Assembly (NCBI GenBank): GCA_004283055.1
Contig: SHLP01000002.1
Coordinates: 2,753 to 66,752 of the forward strand
DNA from: Deltaproteobacteria bacterium
GTDB lineage: Bacteria; Myxococcota_A; Polyangia; Polyangiales; Houyiibacteriaceae
Length of the DNA stretch: 64,000 nucleotides
Direction of reading: 5' to 3'
The notes under the pieces were generated by a model. That model was not told the origin of the DNA. It did not search any database and was given only the letters and a program-made list of their open reading frames with translations. This document shows, in pieces, positions 55,833 through 63,944 of this stretch (positions are counted from its first letter, which is position 1; each line of letters starts with the position of its first letter). The position numbers were made by a program, and so were the translations under genes.

Positions 55833-57128
55833 ATGTGGTTCAGCGAAACTCACGTCGCCTGGTTGTTCCTCGCGGTGAGCCTGCTCGGGGCCGTGTTCAC
55901 GCTCAACGCCTTCGTGCCGGTGCGACGCATTCCGGTGCTCTTCGTGCCGAGCTTTTTCGGGTCTTGGCTCACGGCCGAGCTAGCCCTCCACCATATCGTC
56001 TGGCAAGCCATCGCCACCGTCTTGTTCCTCGAGCTCGGCGCCCTTTCGCACTGGCCCGGGATGGTCGGCATGGGCATCACAATCGCCTCGTGGCTCGGCC
56101 TGCTCATCCTTTTTCGAGACGGCCACAATACCCGCCACACCTTTGACGACGCGCTCGTCGACCTGTCGCAGCCGGAGAACTCAGCACGCCTTCCGCTCAC
56201 TCAGCTGGTGGTGCCGTTTCTGTTCCGCCGCGCCGGAGTCGAAGTCCTGCGGGACGTCACGTACCGAGAAGTCGCGGGCAAAACACTCCGGCTAGACGTT
56301 GCGATGCCCAAGGAGCCGGGCGCCCGTCGTCCCGCGATCATGCAGATCCACGGGGGCGCCTGGATCATCGGCGACAAGCGCGAGCAGGGTTGGCCGCTCA
56401 TCGGGCATCTTGCGGCGAATGGCTGGGTCTGCTTCAACGTCAACTACCGATTGAGCCCGGCGGCAACCTGGCCCGATCATCTGGTCGACCTCAAGTACGC
56501 TCTCAAATGGATTCGAGAGCACGCCGATGAATACGGCATCGATCCCAGCTTCATCGCAGTCACGGGCGGCTCCGCGGGCGGGCATCTCACCGCGATGATG
56601 GCCTTGACCGCGAACGACCCGGAGTACCAGCCCGGCTTTGAAGATGCAGATACGAGCTTACAGGCGGCCATTCCTGTCTACGGCGTCTACGACTTCACCA
56701 ACCGGCTCGACACGATGCTGCCGCGATTTCGTTCTCGAATGCTCGAGCCAATGATCATGAAGGCGTTCTTCGAGAGAGAACCGAAGAAATTCCATCGAGC
56801 GTCCCCGCTCGATCGCGTCCACCCGGGCGCCCCCCCCTTTCTCATCGTACACGGCGACCGTGATACCTTGGCTCCCGTCGAGGACGCGCGTCTCTTTGCG
56901 GAAACACTGCGAAACAGCTCGCGGGCTCCCGTGATGTACACGGAGCTGCGCGGGGCCCAGCATGCATTCGACATCTTCGCGTCGCCGCGTACGGCCCGAA
57001 TGCTCGACGGCACGCTGCGTTTTTTGACTGCCATGCACGAGCGCGCAAAAAGCGCCGATGCGCCCTTGCCGGCTGAACGCTTCTCGCCTTCAGATCCTGC
57101 TCCCGCCGTCGCATCCGGTAACAACTGA
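55833..57128 (+). CDS. Membrane-anchored alpha/beta-fold carboxylesterase (fold-3 / prenylcysteine-methylesterase-like)
   Basis: The start is ATG 55833. About three N-terminal TM helices are followed by IMQIHGGAWIIGDK (HGGxW oxyanion motif) and VTGGSAGGHL (GxSxG). Confidence 0.75.
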   Translation: MWFSETHVAWLFLAVSLLGAVFTLNAFVPVRRIPVLFVPSFFGSWLTAELALHHIVWQAIATVLFLELGALSHWPGMVGMGITIASWLGLLILFRDGHNTRHTFDDALVDLSQPENSARLPLTQLVVPFLFRRAGVEVLRDVTYREVAGKTLRLDVAMPKEPGARRPAIMQIHGGAWIIGDKREQGWPLIGHLAANGWVCFNVNYRLSPAATWPDHLVDLKYALKWIREHADEYGIDPSFIAVTGGSAGGHLTAMMALTANDPEYQPGFEDADTSLQAAIPVYGVYDFTNRLDTMLPRFRSRMLEPMIMKAFFEREPKKFHRASPLDRVHPGAPPFLIVHGDRDTLAPVEDARLFAETLRNSSRAPVMYTELRGAQHAFDIFASPRTARMLDGTLRFLTAMHERAKSADAPLPAERFSPSDPAPAVASGNN

Positions 57129-57427
57129 TGTCACTGGAGGCCTTGGAATTCGACGCGCAAGGCTACCTCGCAAACCGGGGCGACTGGTCTGAGGAGCTCG
57201 CGAAGGAGCTCGCCGCAAAGATGGGCATCGAACTCGGAGATGCCCACTGGAAGGTGCTCGAGACGGCGCGCGCGATCGAAGCCGAGTCTGGCTCGAGCCC
57301 TGGGCTCCGAAAGATCAGCAGGCGGGCGGAGACGCCGATCAAGTCCATCTACAAGCTCTTCCCCGACGGTCCCGCGAAGCTGATCGCCAAGATCGCCGGC
57401 ATCCCCAAACCCAAGTCGTGCGTGTAG
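57128..57427 (+). CDS. TusE/DsrC-family sulfur-relay protein (single C-terminal Cys type)
   Basis: 99 aa ending in IAGIPKPKSCV. The ATG shares 1 nt with the esterase stop (TGATG). Confidence 0.75.
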   Translation: MSLEALEFDAQGYLANRGDWSEELAKELAAKMGIELGDAHWKVLETARAIEAESGSSPGLRKISRRAETPIKSIYKLFPDGPAKLIAKIAGIPKPKSCV

Positions 57428-57449
57428 TCAGAGCTTCGAGGAGAACCCC

Positions 57450-57929
57450 ATGACCGACACAGGAACCGAAAAGAAACGAAGCTTGAGCGTGATTTGCTCG
57501 AAAGGCAGCTTCGACATGGCCTACCCCGGTCTGATTCTAGCCAATGCAGCCCGAATGGCGGGCGTCGACGCCCGACTGTTCTTCACGTTCTGGGGGCTCG
57601 ACATCGTCAACGAGAACAAGATTGACCACCTTCATCTGAATCTCGTAGGCAATCCCGCCGCGCCGATTCCCGCGATGATCGCGGGCCTGCCCGGGGTCGA
57701 AGCTTTGGCTACCGCTCAGATGCGCAAGGAAATGGAGCGGCTCGACATCCCGCCGGTTCGCGAGTTCGTCGAGATGCTCGATGACGCCGGCGCCGCCCTG
57801 TACGGCTGCCAAATGGCCCTCGACATGTTCAAGCTCACGAAAGACGACTTGGTGCCGCAGGTCAAAGAGATAGTGACCGCAATGGACTTTTTGGACATGA
57901 GCGAGGGAGCTCAGATCATCTTCATTTAG
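57450..57929 (+). CDS. DsrE/DsrF/DrsH-like family protein
   Basis: 159 aa. It has LSVICSKGSFDMAYPGLILANAA and ALYGCQMALDMF. This is recognised as DrsE_2-like from memory. Confidence 0.65.
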   Translation: MTDTGTEKKRSLSVICSKGSFDMAYPGLILANAARMAGVDARLFFTFWGLDIVNENKIDHLHLNLVGNPAAPIPAMIAGLPGVEALATAQMRKEMERLDIPPVREFVEMLDDAGAALYGCQMALDMFKLTKDDLVPQVKEIVTAMDFLDMSEGAQIIFI

Positions 57930-58411
57930 TCGTCGTAAACGAGCTCGATCGAAATTGTCACGGCCCCGCCCTCATAGGTGAACTTCGCGTCCTTGTAGAG
58001 CGGTGGGCCGAACCTCCTCGCCTTCGCGTTCTGCGAGACGCCCCAGGGCTCCTTCGGGCTTCCGATCGCGTTGGTGTCGAGCTTCCCGTTGCCGTTGATG
58101 TCGACGAAAACCGATGCAGCGTAGTCGCCTAGGCCGGTGCGCTTGAAGACGCAGGTGACGGTCTCTCCCTCGACGTCGACCCAGGTTCGCCGGAGCGCCC
58201 GACGGTGCTTACGCGGGAAGCCTTTGTTCTGCCAAAACAGAGCGCATGCCATCCGGCCCGCAGGCTCTCGAACGCCGGTGATTTCGAGCGTGAGGATGTT
58301 CTTCGCCGCCGGGTCCGTGTCGACTTGCGCGTTTGAAGAAGGATTCCAGAGCAGCGAGCCAATCAGTGCGATCGCGACACAAGTCGCACCTGCCATTTTG
58401 GTGCCAGCCAT
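57926..58411 (-). CDS. DUF2141-family secreted protein
   Basis: The start is probably ATG 58411. It has a signal peptide, LTLEITGVREPAGRMACALF and VFVDINGNGKLDTNAIGSPKEPWGVS. Confidence 0.65.
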   Translation of the reverse strand: MAGTKMAGATCVAIALIGSLLWNPSSNAQVDTDPAAKNILTLEITGVREPAGRMACALFWQNKGFPRKHRRALRRTWVDVEGETVTCVFKRTGLGDYAASVFVDINGNGKLDTNAIGSPKEPWGVSQNAKARRFGPPLYKDAKFTYEGGAVTISIELVYDD

Positions 58412-58591
58412 CGAATTCTCTCCGGATCCCCCTCTATGCGTCCGACCTGTCACCATACCGATTCGACGCAGCGATGCTGCAAATGTTTAGACGAGGCAGA
58501 GAATTTTGCCAAGTGTCTGGACACGGCAAGCGTCGCGCCGGTGTGTAAAGGAATTCGCACCCTCGACATCAGAGCTTCGAATTGCCCGCGC

Positions 58592-58969
58592 TCAGCGGGC
58601 CGGGCCCAGGCAGACCAATACGTTGGAGGTCTGGTTGGTCCCGGCTTCCGTCACCGACTCACACAGGTAGTCGGTTCGGCAATCCGTCGTACCCCTGCAG
58701 TTGACGAGGCAAACCCAGCCCGTGTCGAGCTCTGCGCACGATGAGCCCTGCGGGCAGTTGCTCGAGCTCCCACACGAGACGGTGCAGATGCCGCCCGGAA
58801 AACGGAATCCATCCTGGCAGAGGCCCTGATCGCACTCCGAGTTGTTCATGCAGGGCCCTCCGACCAAGGAGCTGTCATTCCCGACACTCCCGGGCGGCCG
58901 ATCGTCGCCGCATCCGATGCAGAGAACCGTAGTGAGGAGCCCCAGGGCTCCGAGGGTGGACTTCATCAC
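58592..58969 (-). CDS. Small Cys-rich lipoprotein of unknown function
   Basis: It has a signal peptide plus lipobox LCIGC. I counted 12 further Cys by hand in about 100 residues (CMNNSECDQGLC, CTVSCGSSSNCPQGSSC). Confidence 0.5.
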   Translation of the reverse strand: MMKSTLGALGLLTTVLCIGCGDDRPPGSVGNDSSLVGGPCMNNSECDQGLCQDGFRFPGGICTVSCGSSSNCPQGSSCAELDTGWVCLVNCRGTTDCRTDYLCESVTEAGTNQTSNVLVCLGPAR

Positions 58970-59111
58970 GCGCGACGATAGATCAAGCGCGCTGCCCGAG
59001 CCAGCGGCGGAAGCGAAGGACGTGTAACATTCCTGTCACCTTTGCGATCGCCGAGCCGCGCCGATGGCCAGCTCCGACGAATGACCTTCCCTCGCCCCGA
59101 CCCGCCGGCCT

Positions 59112-59537
59112 TCAGCCGTCGGCAGGACCATCCTCGAACGCTGCGACGGCGTTGCGAAGGGAGCCGGGCACGGTGACCTTCTCCCGGCTGTTCGGATCGA
59201 CGCATACGCTGGTGACGCTCGCCTTCGCAAGCGTCTCATCTCGGTCGTTGCGAATCACGAAAGAGCTGGTGAAGCTCGAGGCCCCGAACCTCGAGATTCG
59301 GGTCTCGATGTGAACATCCTCCTCGAACCTGGCGCTTCCGAGGTAGTCGCAGCTCGCATTCACGTAGAACATATCGGTGCCGGCCCTGACCATGTCCTGC
59401 CATGGCACCCCTACGGCCCGCATGTATGCGCCCAGGGCCTCGTCACAAAAGACGAAGTAGTTCCCGAAGTAGACGTGGCCCTGCAGGTCCGTATCGCGAA
59501 ATCGGACCCGCATCTTGTAAACGAAGGGCCTCTTCAC
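59112..59537 (-). CDS. Acyl-CoA thioesterase, 4HBT/YbgC family
   Basis: It has VRFRDTDLQGHVYFGNYFVFCDEA. The GTG start overlaps the upstream stop (GTGA). Confidence 0.8.
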   Translation of the reverse strand: MKRPFVYKMRVRFRDTDLQGHVYFGNYFVFCDEALGAYMRAVGVPWQDMVRAGTDMFYVNASCDYLGSARFEEDVHIETRISRFGASSFTSSFVIRNDRDETLAKASVTSVCVDPNSREKVTVPGSLRNAVAAFEDGPADG

Positions 59538-61027
59538 GCACCGGCTCCGGCGCGAAGACCCACTTCGGCCAAGGGGCTCTGTGTTTCAGCACAGATGGAG
59601 CGCATCGGCGTCTCTTCGGCGGCCTTCCATTCGCAGAGCTCCCCGACCCGGTCCGACCCTCCGTTCGAAGGGCGAATCCAAACGAAGGTCTGCTCCCCGA
59701 GACGGGCTGTGCATTCGGGGTCGGCAAACGCCTGGGACCAAAATCCGCCGTTGTAGAGCGTGACCGGACCAACCTGCTCGCACTTCGGGTCGTGAGTGTG
59801 CCCGAACACGACGCGACGGGCGCCCGTGATCTTGTAAATCAACTCTGCGAGTGTGGGCGTGAGAAGCGGAGTCTCGAAAACCGTCGCCCGTACCGAGGAT
59901 GCATAGGCCGCGTAGGGAAGCATGAAGATGAGCGCCGGCACGAACACCCAAAGCGGGCTGATTGGCAGCGCGATGTTGATGTGGAGGACCACTTGCCAGG
60001 CCAAAAAGAGGGCGACCAAGAGGAAGAACGCCCGGTCGAGCCACAGCTCGCGCGCGATTCGAAAGGGGTTGTTGGTCGCAGACGGAACATGAAGCACATT
60101 GAGCTTGCGAACCATCGAAGGCGTGGCCTGGGCGCGCGCGGCAATCGATCGAACCTTGTCGTCGACCAGCATCGGATCGCGCATCGCGGGGAGCCAGTGC
60201 GTGCGAAGCGAGATCCACAGGGTCACATAAGCACCCCAGAGCCAGGTCCAAATCAACAGCGGCTGGGTGCGCAGCATGTATCGGAAAAAGAAGCGCACGT
60301 ACGCCGTCGCGCTCATGATGTAGTTTTCGGACTGGTGGGGATTGAAGTATCCCATTCCGTTGAGCATGTACCGCGCGGCTAGGTCGCCAAACGGAATGCG
60401 AACCCGGGGCTGCCCGTTGACTTCAACCAAGGGGTCGATTGGGTCACGGACGACGCAGTTGGGATCGTACTGGTGTCCGTGGCTCACGTAGGTATCTTCG
60501 CCGCTCAGGTAGAACCAATTGCAAAATACGATTGGTTCGTCATCATCTTCTTCGCCGATGCTCGACGGGACCGCAGCTCCCAGCGCATCGCAGATCATCC
60601 GCTGTACCGACGGCCAATAGACTTCGACATCGTGGTTGCCGACGACGAAGACGGCCCTGTGTCCCCGAGCGATGAACGCCCCCAAGGCCTCGAACCAGCG
60701 TGGGTGGTCGTCGATGATCACTTTCATCTTGAACTGGCTTTTCCACTCCTCGCTTCCAAGCCCGCGAGCCTGTTCCAACCACTCGACGTGCCGGTCCTCA
60801 CTAGGCACGGTGGTGACGCTGTCGAAATCGAAGATGTCTCCATTGAGGATCAGCTCGATCGGCCCGTCTGCCTTCTCCTCGATGTGGTCGAGGAACCTCG
60901 CGAAATCTTCGTCGATGAAGAATTCGCGACGCTTGTACGCCATCCATAGCGGGCGCGCCGGGTCCGGCTCTTCCGCTTCGGTGAGGTGCAGGTCGGAGAC
61001 GACAAACGTGTGAGGCTTGGCTTCCAT
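59534..61027 (-). CDS. Calcineurin-like metallophosphoesterase with hydrophobic membrane segments inserted before the last catalytic motif
   Basis: The motifs are SDLHL, NGDIFDFD, VGNHDVE and SHGHQYD. About 3 hydrophobic segments follow, and then VVFGHTHDP. Confidence 0.7.
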   Translation of the reverse strand: MEAKPHTFVVSDLHLTEAEEPDPARPLWMAYKRREFFIDEDFARFLDHIEEKADGPIELILNGDIFDFDSVTTVPSEDRHVEWLEQARGLGSEEWKSQFKMKVIIDDHPRWFEALGAFIARGHRAVFVVGNHDVEVYWPSVQRMICDALGAAVPSSIGEEDDDEPIVFCNWFYLSGEDTYVSHGHQYDPNCVVRDPIDPLVEVNGQPRVRIPFGDLAARYMLNGMGYFNPHQSENYIMSATAYVRFFFRYMLRTQPLLIWTWLWGAYVTLWISLRTHWLPAMRDPMLVDDKVRSIAARAQATPSMVRKLNVLHVPSATNNPFRIARELWLDRAFFLLVALFLAWQVVLHINIALPISPLWVFVPALIFMLPYAAYASSVRATVFETPLLTPTLAELIYKITGARRVVFGHTHDPKCEQVGPVTLYNGGFWSQAFADPECTARLGEQTFVWIRPSNGGSDRVGELCEWKAAEETPMRSICAETQSPLAEVGLRAGAGA

Positions 61028-61102
61028 GGAGGCCTCGTAGTGTGTCAGGCCTCGGGGCAGGACTCCAGCCAGCGGCTGCCCAGGGTCAGAGGTTGCGCCT
61101 AC

Positions 61103-61747
61103 TCAGCCCCCGGCGGAGCTTACATGGCGCTTTCGGCCGACGATCAAATGAATCACGAGAAGGAGGGTCAGCCCGGTCGCGAATATCGCGACATACCAGG
61201 TGCCGAGACCAGGTCCCGCCTCGGTCAAAAAGTTCGCGATTTGCTTTTTGCCCAGCATCACCGGCATGAATGGCTCGATGGTGACGGGCGCCCGCGGGTC
61301 CAGATTGTGCCCGAAGGTATAGAGCTTGTAATACAGGCGTCCGAATCCAAACACGCCCGCGTAGGTCGTCATCACCAGAAGGTCCAGCATGGAGCCGACC
61401 TTCCCTATCAAGGCCGTGCGCAACGCCAAAATGATCATCCCGGCGAAAAGAAACGGAATCCAGTCGAGGTCACTGAGCGCAGCTCGGTCGAGTGGCGCCA
61501 TACCGATGTAGTGATTGAGAACGTTGATCTCTTGGACGTCGTTGCCATCGTTTCCGCCGTCGACTTTGTACGAGTAGATGTACAGGTCGAGTCCCTGTGG
61601 ATATTGCGGCGCCTTCATGTTGATGTGCCACATCGGTGCGGTGAAGCTCAGTCCCACGAAGACAGTGAGCAGAGCGAGCACGAGTCGCGCCCATGGAAAG
61701 ATGGGCTCGTCCAAGAACCTATAGAATGCGTCCATTGCGTTTGACAT
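61103..61747 (-). CDS. Integral membrane protein of unknown function, last gene of the NosFLY-like string
   Basis: The start is ATG 61747, with a GGAGGAGG SD. It has about 4 TM segments and a periplasmic loop PMWHINMKAPQYPQGLDLYIYSYKVDGGNDGND. Confidence 0.45.
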   Translation of the reverse strand: MSNAMDAFYRFLDEPIFPWARLVLALLTVFVGLSFTAPMWHINMKAPQYPQGLDLYIYSYKVDGGNDGNDVQEINVLNHYIGMAPLDRAALSDLDWIPFLFAGMIILALRTALIGKVGSMLDLLVMTTYAGVFGFGRLYYKLYTFGHNLDPRAPVTIEPFMPVMLGKKQIANFLTEAGPGLGTWYVAIFATGLTLLLVIHLIVGRKRHVSSAGG

Positions 61748-61772
61748 TTTGCCTCCTCCAGGCCTTCCGTTC

Positions 61773-62615
61773 CTAAACGACATCTCCCCGGCGCAACTTC
61801 CACAGTCCGCCCATCCAAGCAAGCGATCCGAGCAACATGGGCCATGCGACACCGAGCGCGTAAAGCCCCGTGCCGCCAATCCGGTTCGCTAGATAGAAGC
61901 CTACCGGGCCCAGCACGCTGAGCTCAGGATCGGCGGACGACAGCAGCGCCATTCGAATGCTTTGGACGGGGTTGAGCGCTGCGAGCACAAAAACAACCCT
62001 CGGCTCCATTCGCCATTGAAGCATCATGCCAGCGAGCGCGAAGTCCATGAGTGCGATTCCCGCAACCCAGATCAGCAGCAGGTACATCGTCGCGCGCGCC
62101 GAGTTCTGAACCGTCGTCGAGACCCAGAGACCGATCCCGCAAAACGACCAGACGAGCACGGCGCTGAGCACCAGACAGTGCCCGATGAAGCTCCATGCGA
62201 TTTGCTGTCCGAATGCGAAACGGCCGAACACCCCGACGCCGGCCATGAGCACGGCGAGCGGCAGCAGGAGCACTAGGAAGCGGACGCTCGAGATGGCGCT
62301 GAAAAAGGCGCCCCTCGAAATGGGTTGACTGAAAAGGAGCTCTAGCGTGCCGTCGTCACGCGCCTTGTTGACGACCAACCCGGTCGCGATCAGCGCCATC
62401 AAAGGCAAAAGGACCAAGAGCGCGTGCACATAGGAAACCAACACTCTGCCCGTGCCGGTGAATCCGAACACGGTCGACTCACGCATCCCCACCAGCAGAA
62501 ATACGACGGCTAGGGCCGCATAAACGACGATGCAGAACAGCAGCCAGCGAGACCGAAGGACCTCGGCGAGATCGAGCTGAGCAACCGCGAAGTACGACCG
62601 CAGATGTCGGTTCAT
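61773..62615 (-). CDS. ABC-2-type permease, NosY-like
   Basis: It has six hydrophobic segments. The ATG overlaps the NosL-like stop (ATGA). Confidence 0.65.
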   Translation of the reverse strand: MNRHLRSYFAVAQLDLAEVLRSRWLLFCIVVYAALAVVFLLVGMRESTVFGFTGTGRVLVSYVHALLVLLPLMALIATGLVVNKARDDGTLELLFSQPISRGAFFSAISSVRFLVLLLPLAVLMAGVGVFGRFAFGQQIAWSFIGHCLVLSAVLVWSFCGIGLWVSTTVQNSARATMYLLLIWVAGIALMDFALAGMMLQWRMEPRVVFVLAALNPVQSIRMALLSSADPELSVLGPVGFYLANRIGGTGLYALGVAWPMLLGSLAWMGGLWKLRRGDVV

Positions 62616-63067
62616 GGGTCCCCGTGCTGCTGGTGGGCGCGGTCCTTCACGCGGGATTTCGCCCAGTCGATGCCTTGCGCCTCGGGTGTGCCCTTTGGGA
62701 CCGCGCGGATTCCGTAACCCATGGGGGAGTCGTCGGCGGGGAGGAAGCCCACCTCAGCCTCCGACAGCCAGCCGTCTTCCAGATGATTACGAAAATGGAG
62801 CGCGTGGACCGTGGCTTCGTTCGATTGAAGGAAGTCGAACAGGCAGCCGGGATCGTCGAAATTCAGCACGTCTCCCTCCGTCGTTTGGAGCTGAGCTGCA
62901 AAACGCGGATCGCCCACGTGCATCTTGCAATGGGCGCACACCTCTGTATCCCAAACGACGGGAACGGCACCCTCGGCGAGCGTCACCTGGTTGAAGCGTC
63001 CGAAGGCAACGACCGCAGCGACGATGGCGACCACCAACAAGAGTGCCTTAATGATCTTGGTGGACAT
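62612..63067 (-). CDS. NosL-family copper-chaperone-like protein (TM-anchored rather than lipoprotein)
   Basis: The start is ATG 63067, with a GAAGGAGGAGGG SD. CAHCKMHVGDPRFAAQL...NFDDPGCLFDF matches the NosL pattern. It overlaps the ATPase gene by 20 nt. Confidence 0.65.
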   Translation of the reverse strand: MSTKIIKALLLVVAIVAAVVAFGRFNQVTLAEGAVPVVWDTEVCAHCKMHVGDPRFAAQLQTTEGDVLNFDDPGCLFDFLQSNEATVHALHFRNHLEDGWLSEAEVGFLPADDSPMGYGIRAVPKGTPEAQGIDWAKSRVKDRAHQQHGDP

Positions 63068-63944
63068 CGTCTGTCCCTCCTCCTTCGTCGAGCTGCACGG
63101 CATCGGCGTCGCGAACCAGCACGTTGACGATCTGGCCCTGTAGGCGTTGAGAAAGACGCGCGACCAGATCGAGCTTCTCGGCGCGGGTAGCGGTGCGGCT
63201 CCACCAGCCGGCAACCCCTGCCTCGAAGCCCATCGCGGCGAGCGTTTCGTGATCGACTCCGTTGCGCAGCTGAACGTCGATGGTGCTCAAGGTCATTCGG
63301 TCCAGATACTCCTCGGTCGGCCCGAAGTACGCGAGCCGACCCTCGTCGAGCACCATCACCCGGTCGACCAAGGTACGGATCTCTTCGAGACGGTGCGAAC
63401 AAAGGATCAGCGTGGCGTCCTCGGTTCGCTCGGACAGCAAATGAAAGAGGTCTCTGCGAGACTGCGTGTCCAGACTGGCGGTCGGCTCGTCGAGGACGTA
63501 CAGCGACGCTTGGCTGGCGAGTGCGAGCGAAATGAGGGTCTTTTGCTTCGCGCCGCCAGACAGGTTGCAGAACGCTTGCCGGTCCGCCGCTCGCAGGTCG
63601 ATTCCGAGCTCTGTGCCGGCGCCGAGCACGGCCTCCGGGGAGATCTCCCGAACACGGGTGATCGCCTTGATCACCTCACCCACCGACGCATTGAACTTCG
63701 GCGCGATTTGCGGGACGTATGCGATCCGGTCCGCGGCCTCGATGTGTCGCTTCTTTTCGCCATCGAGCAAGAGCTCACCGTCGCAGCGCAGCAGGCCCAA
63801 AATGATGCGAATCAGCGTCGACTTCCCCGAGGCGTTGGGGCCGATCAGGCCTACTTTCCCGCCGCTCGGAATGCTGAAATCGAGCCCTCGAAGCGCCTCG
63901 ACTCGGCCGAACTGCTTTCGTATCGCCCTGCCCTCAACGCGCAT
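63048..63944 (-). CDS. ABC transporter ATP-binding protein, NosF-like
   Basis: It has Walker A GPNASGKST, the signature LSGGAKQK and Walker B LYVLDEPTASLD. Confidence 0.85.
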   Translation of the reverse strand: MRVEGRAIRKQFGRVEALRGLDFSIPSGGKVGLIGPNASGKSTLIRIILGLLRCDGELLLDGEKKRHIEAADRIAYVPQIAPKFNASVGEVIKAITRVREISPEAVLGAGTELGIDLRAADRQAFCNLSGGAKQKTLISLALASQASLYVLDEPTASLDTQSRRDLFHLLSERTEDATLILCSHRLEEIRTLVDRVMVLDEGRLAYFGPTEEYLDRMTLSTIDVQLRNGVDHETLAAMGFEAGVAGWWSRTATRAEKLDLVARLSQRLQGQIVNVLVRDADAVQLDEGGGTDDVHQDH

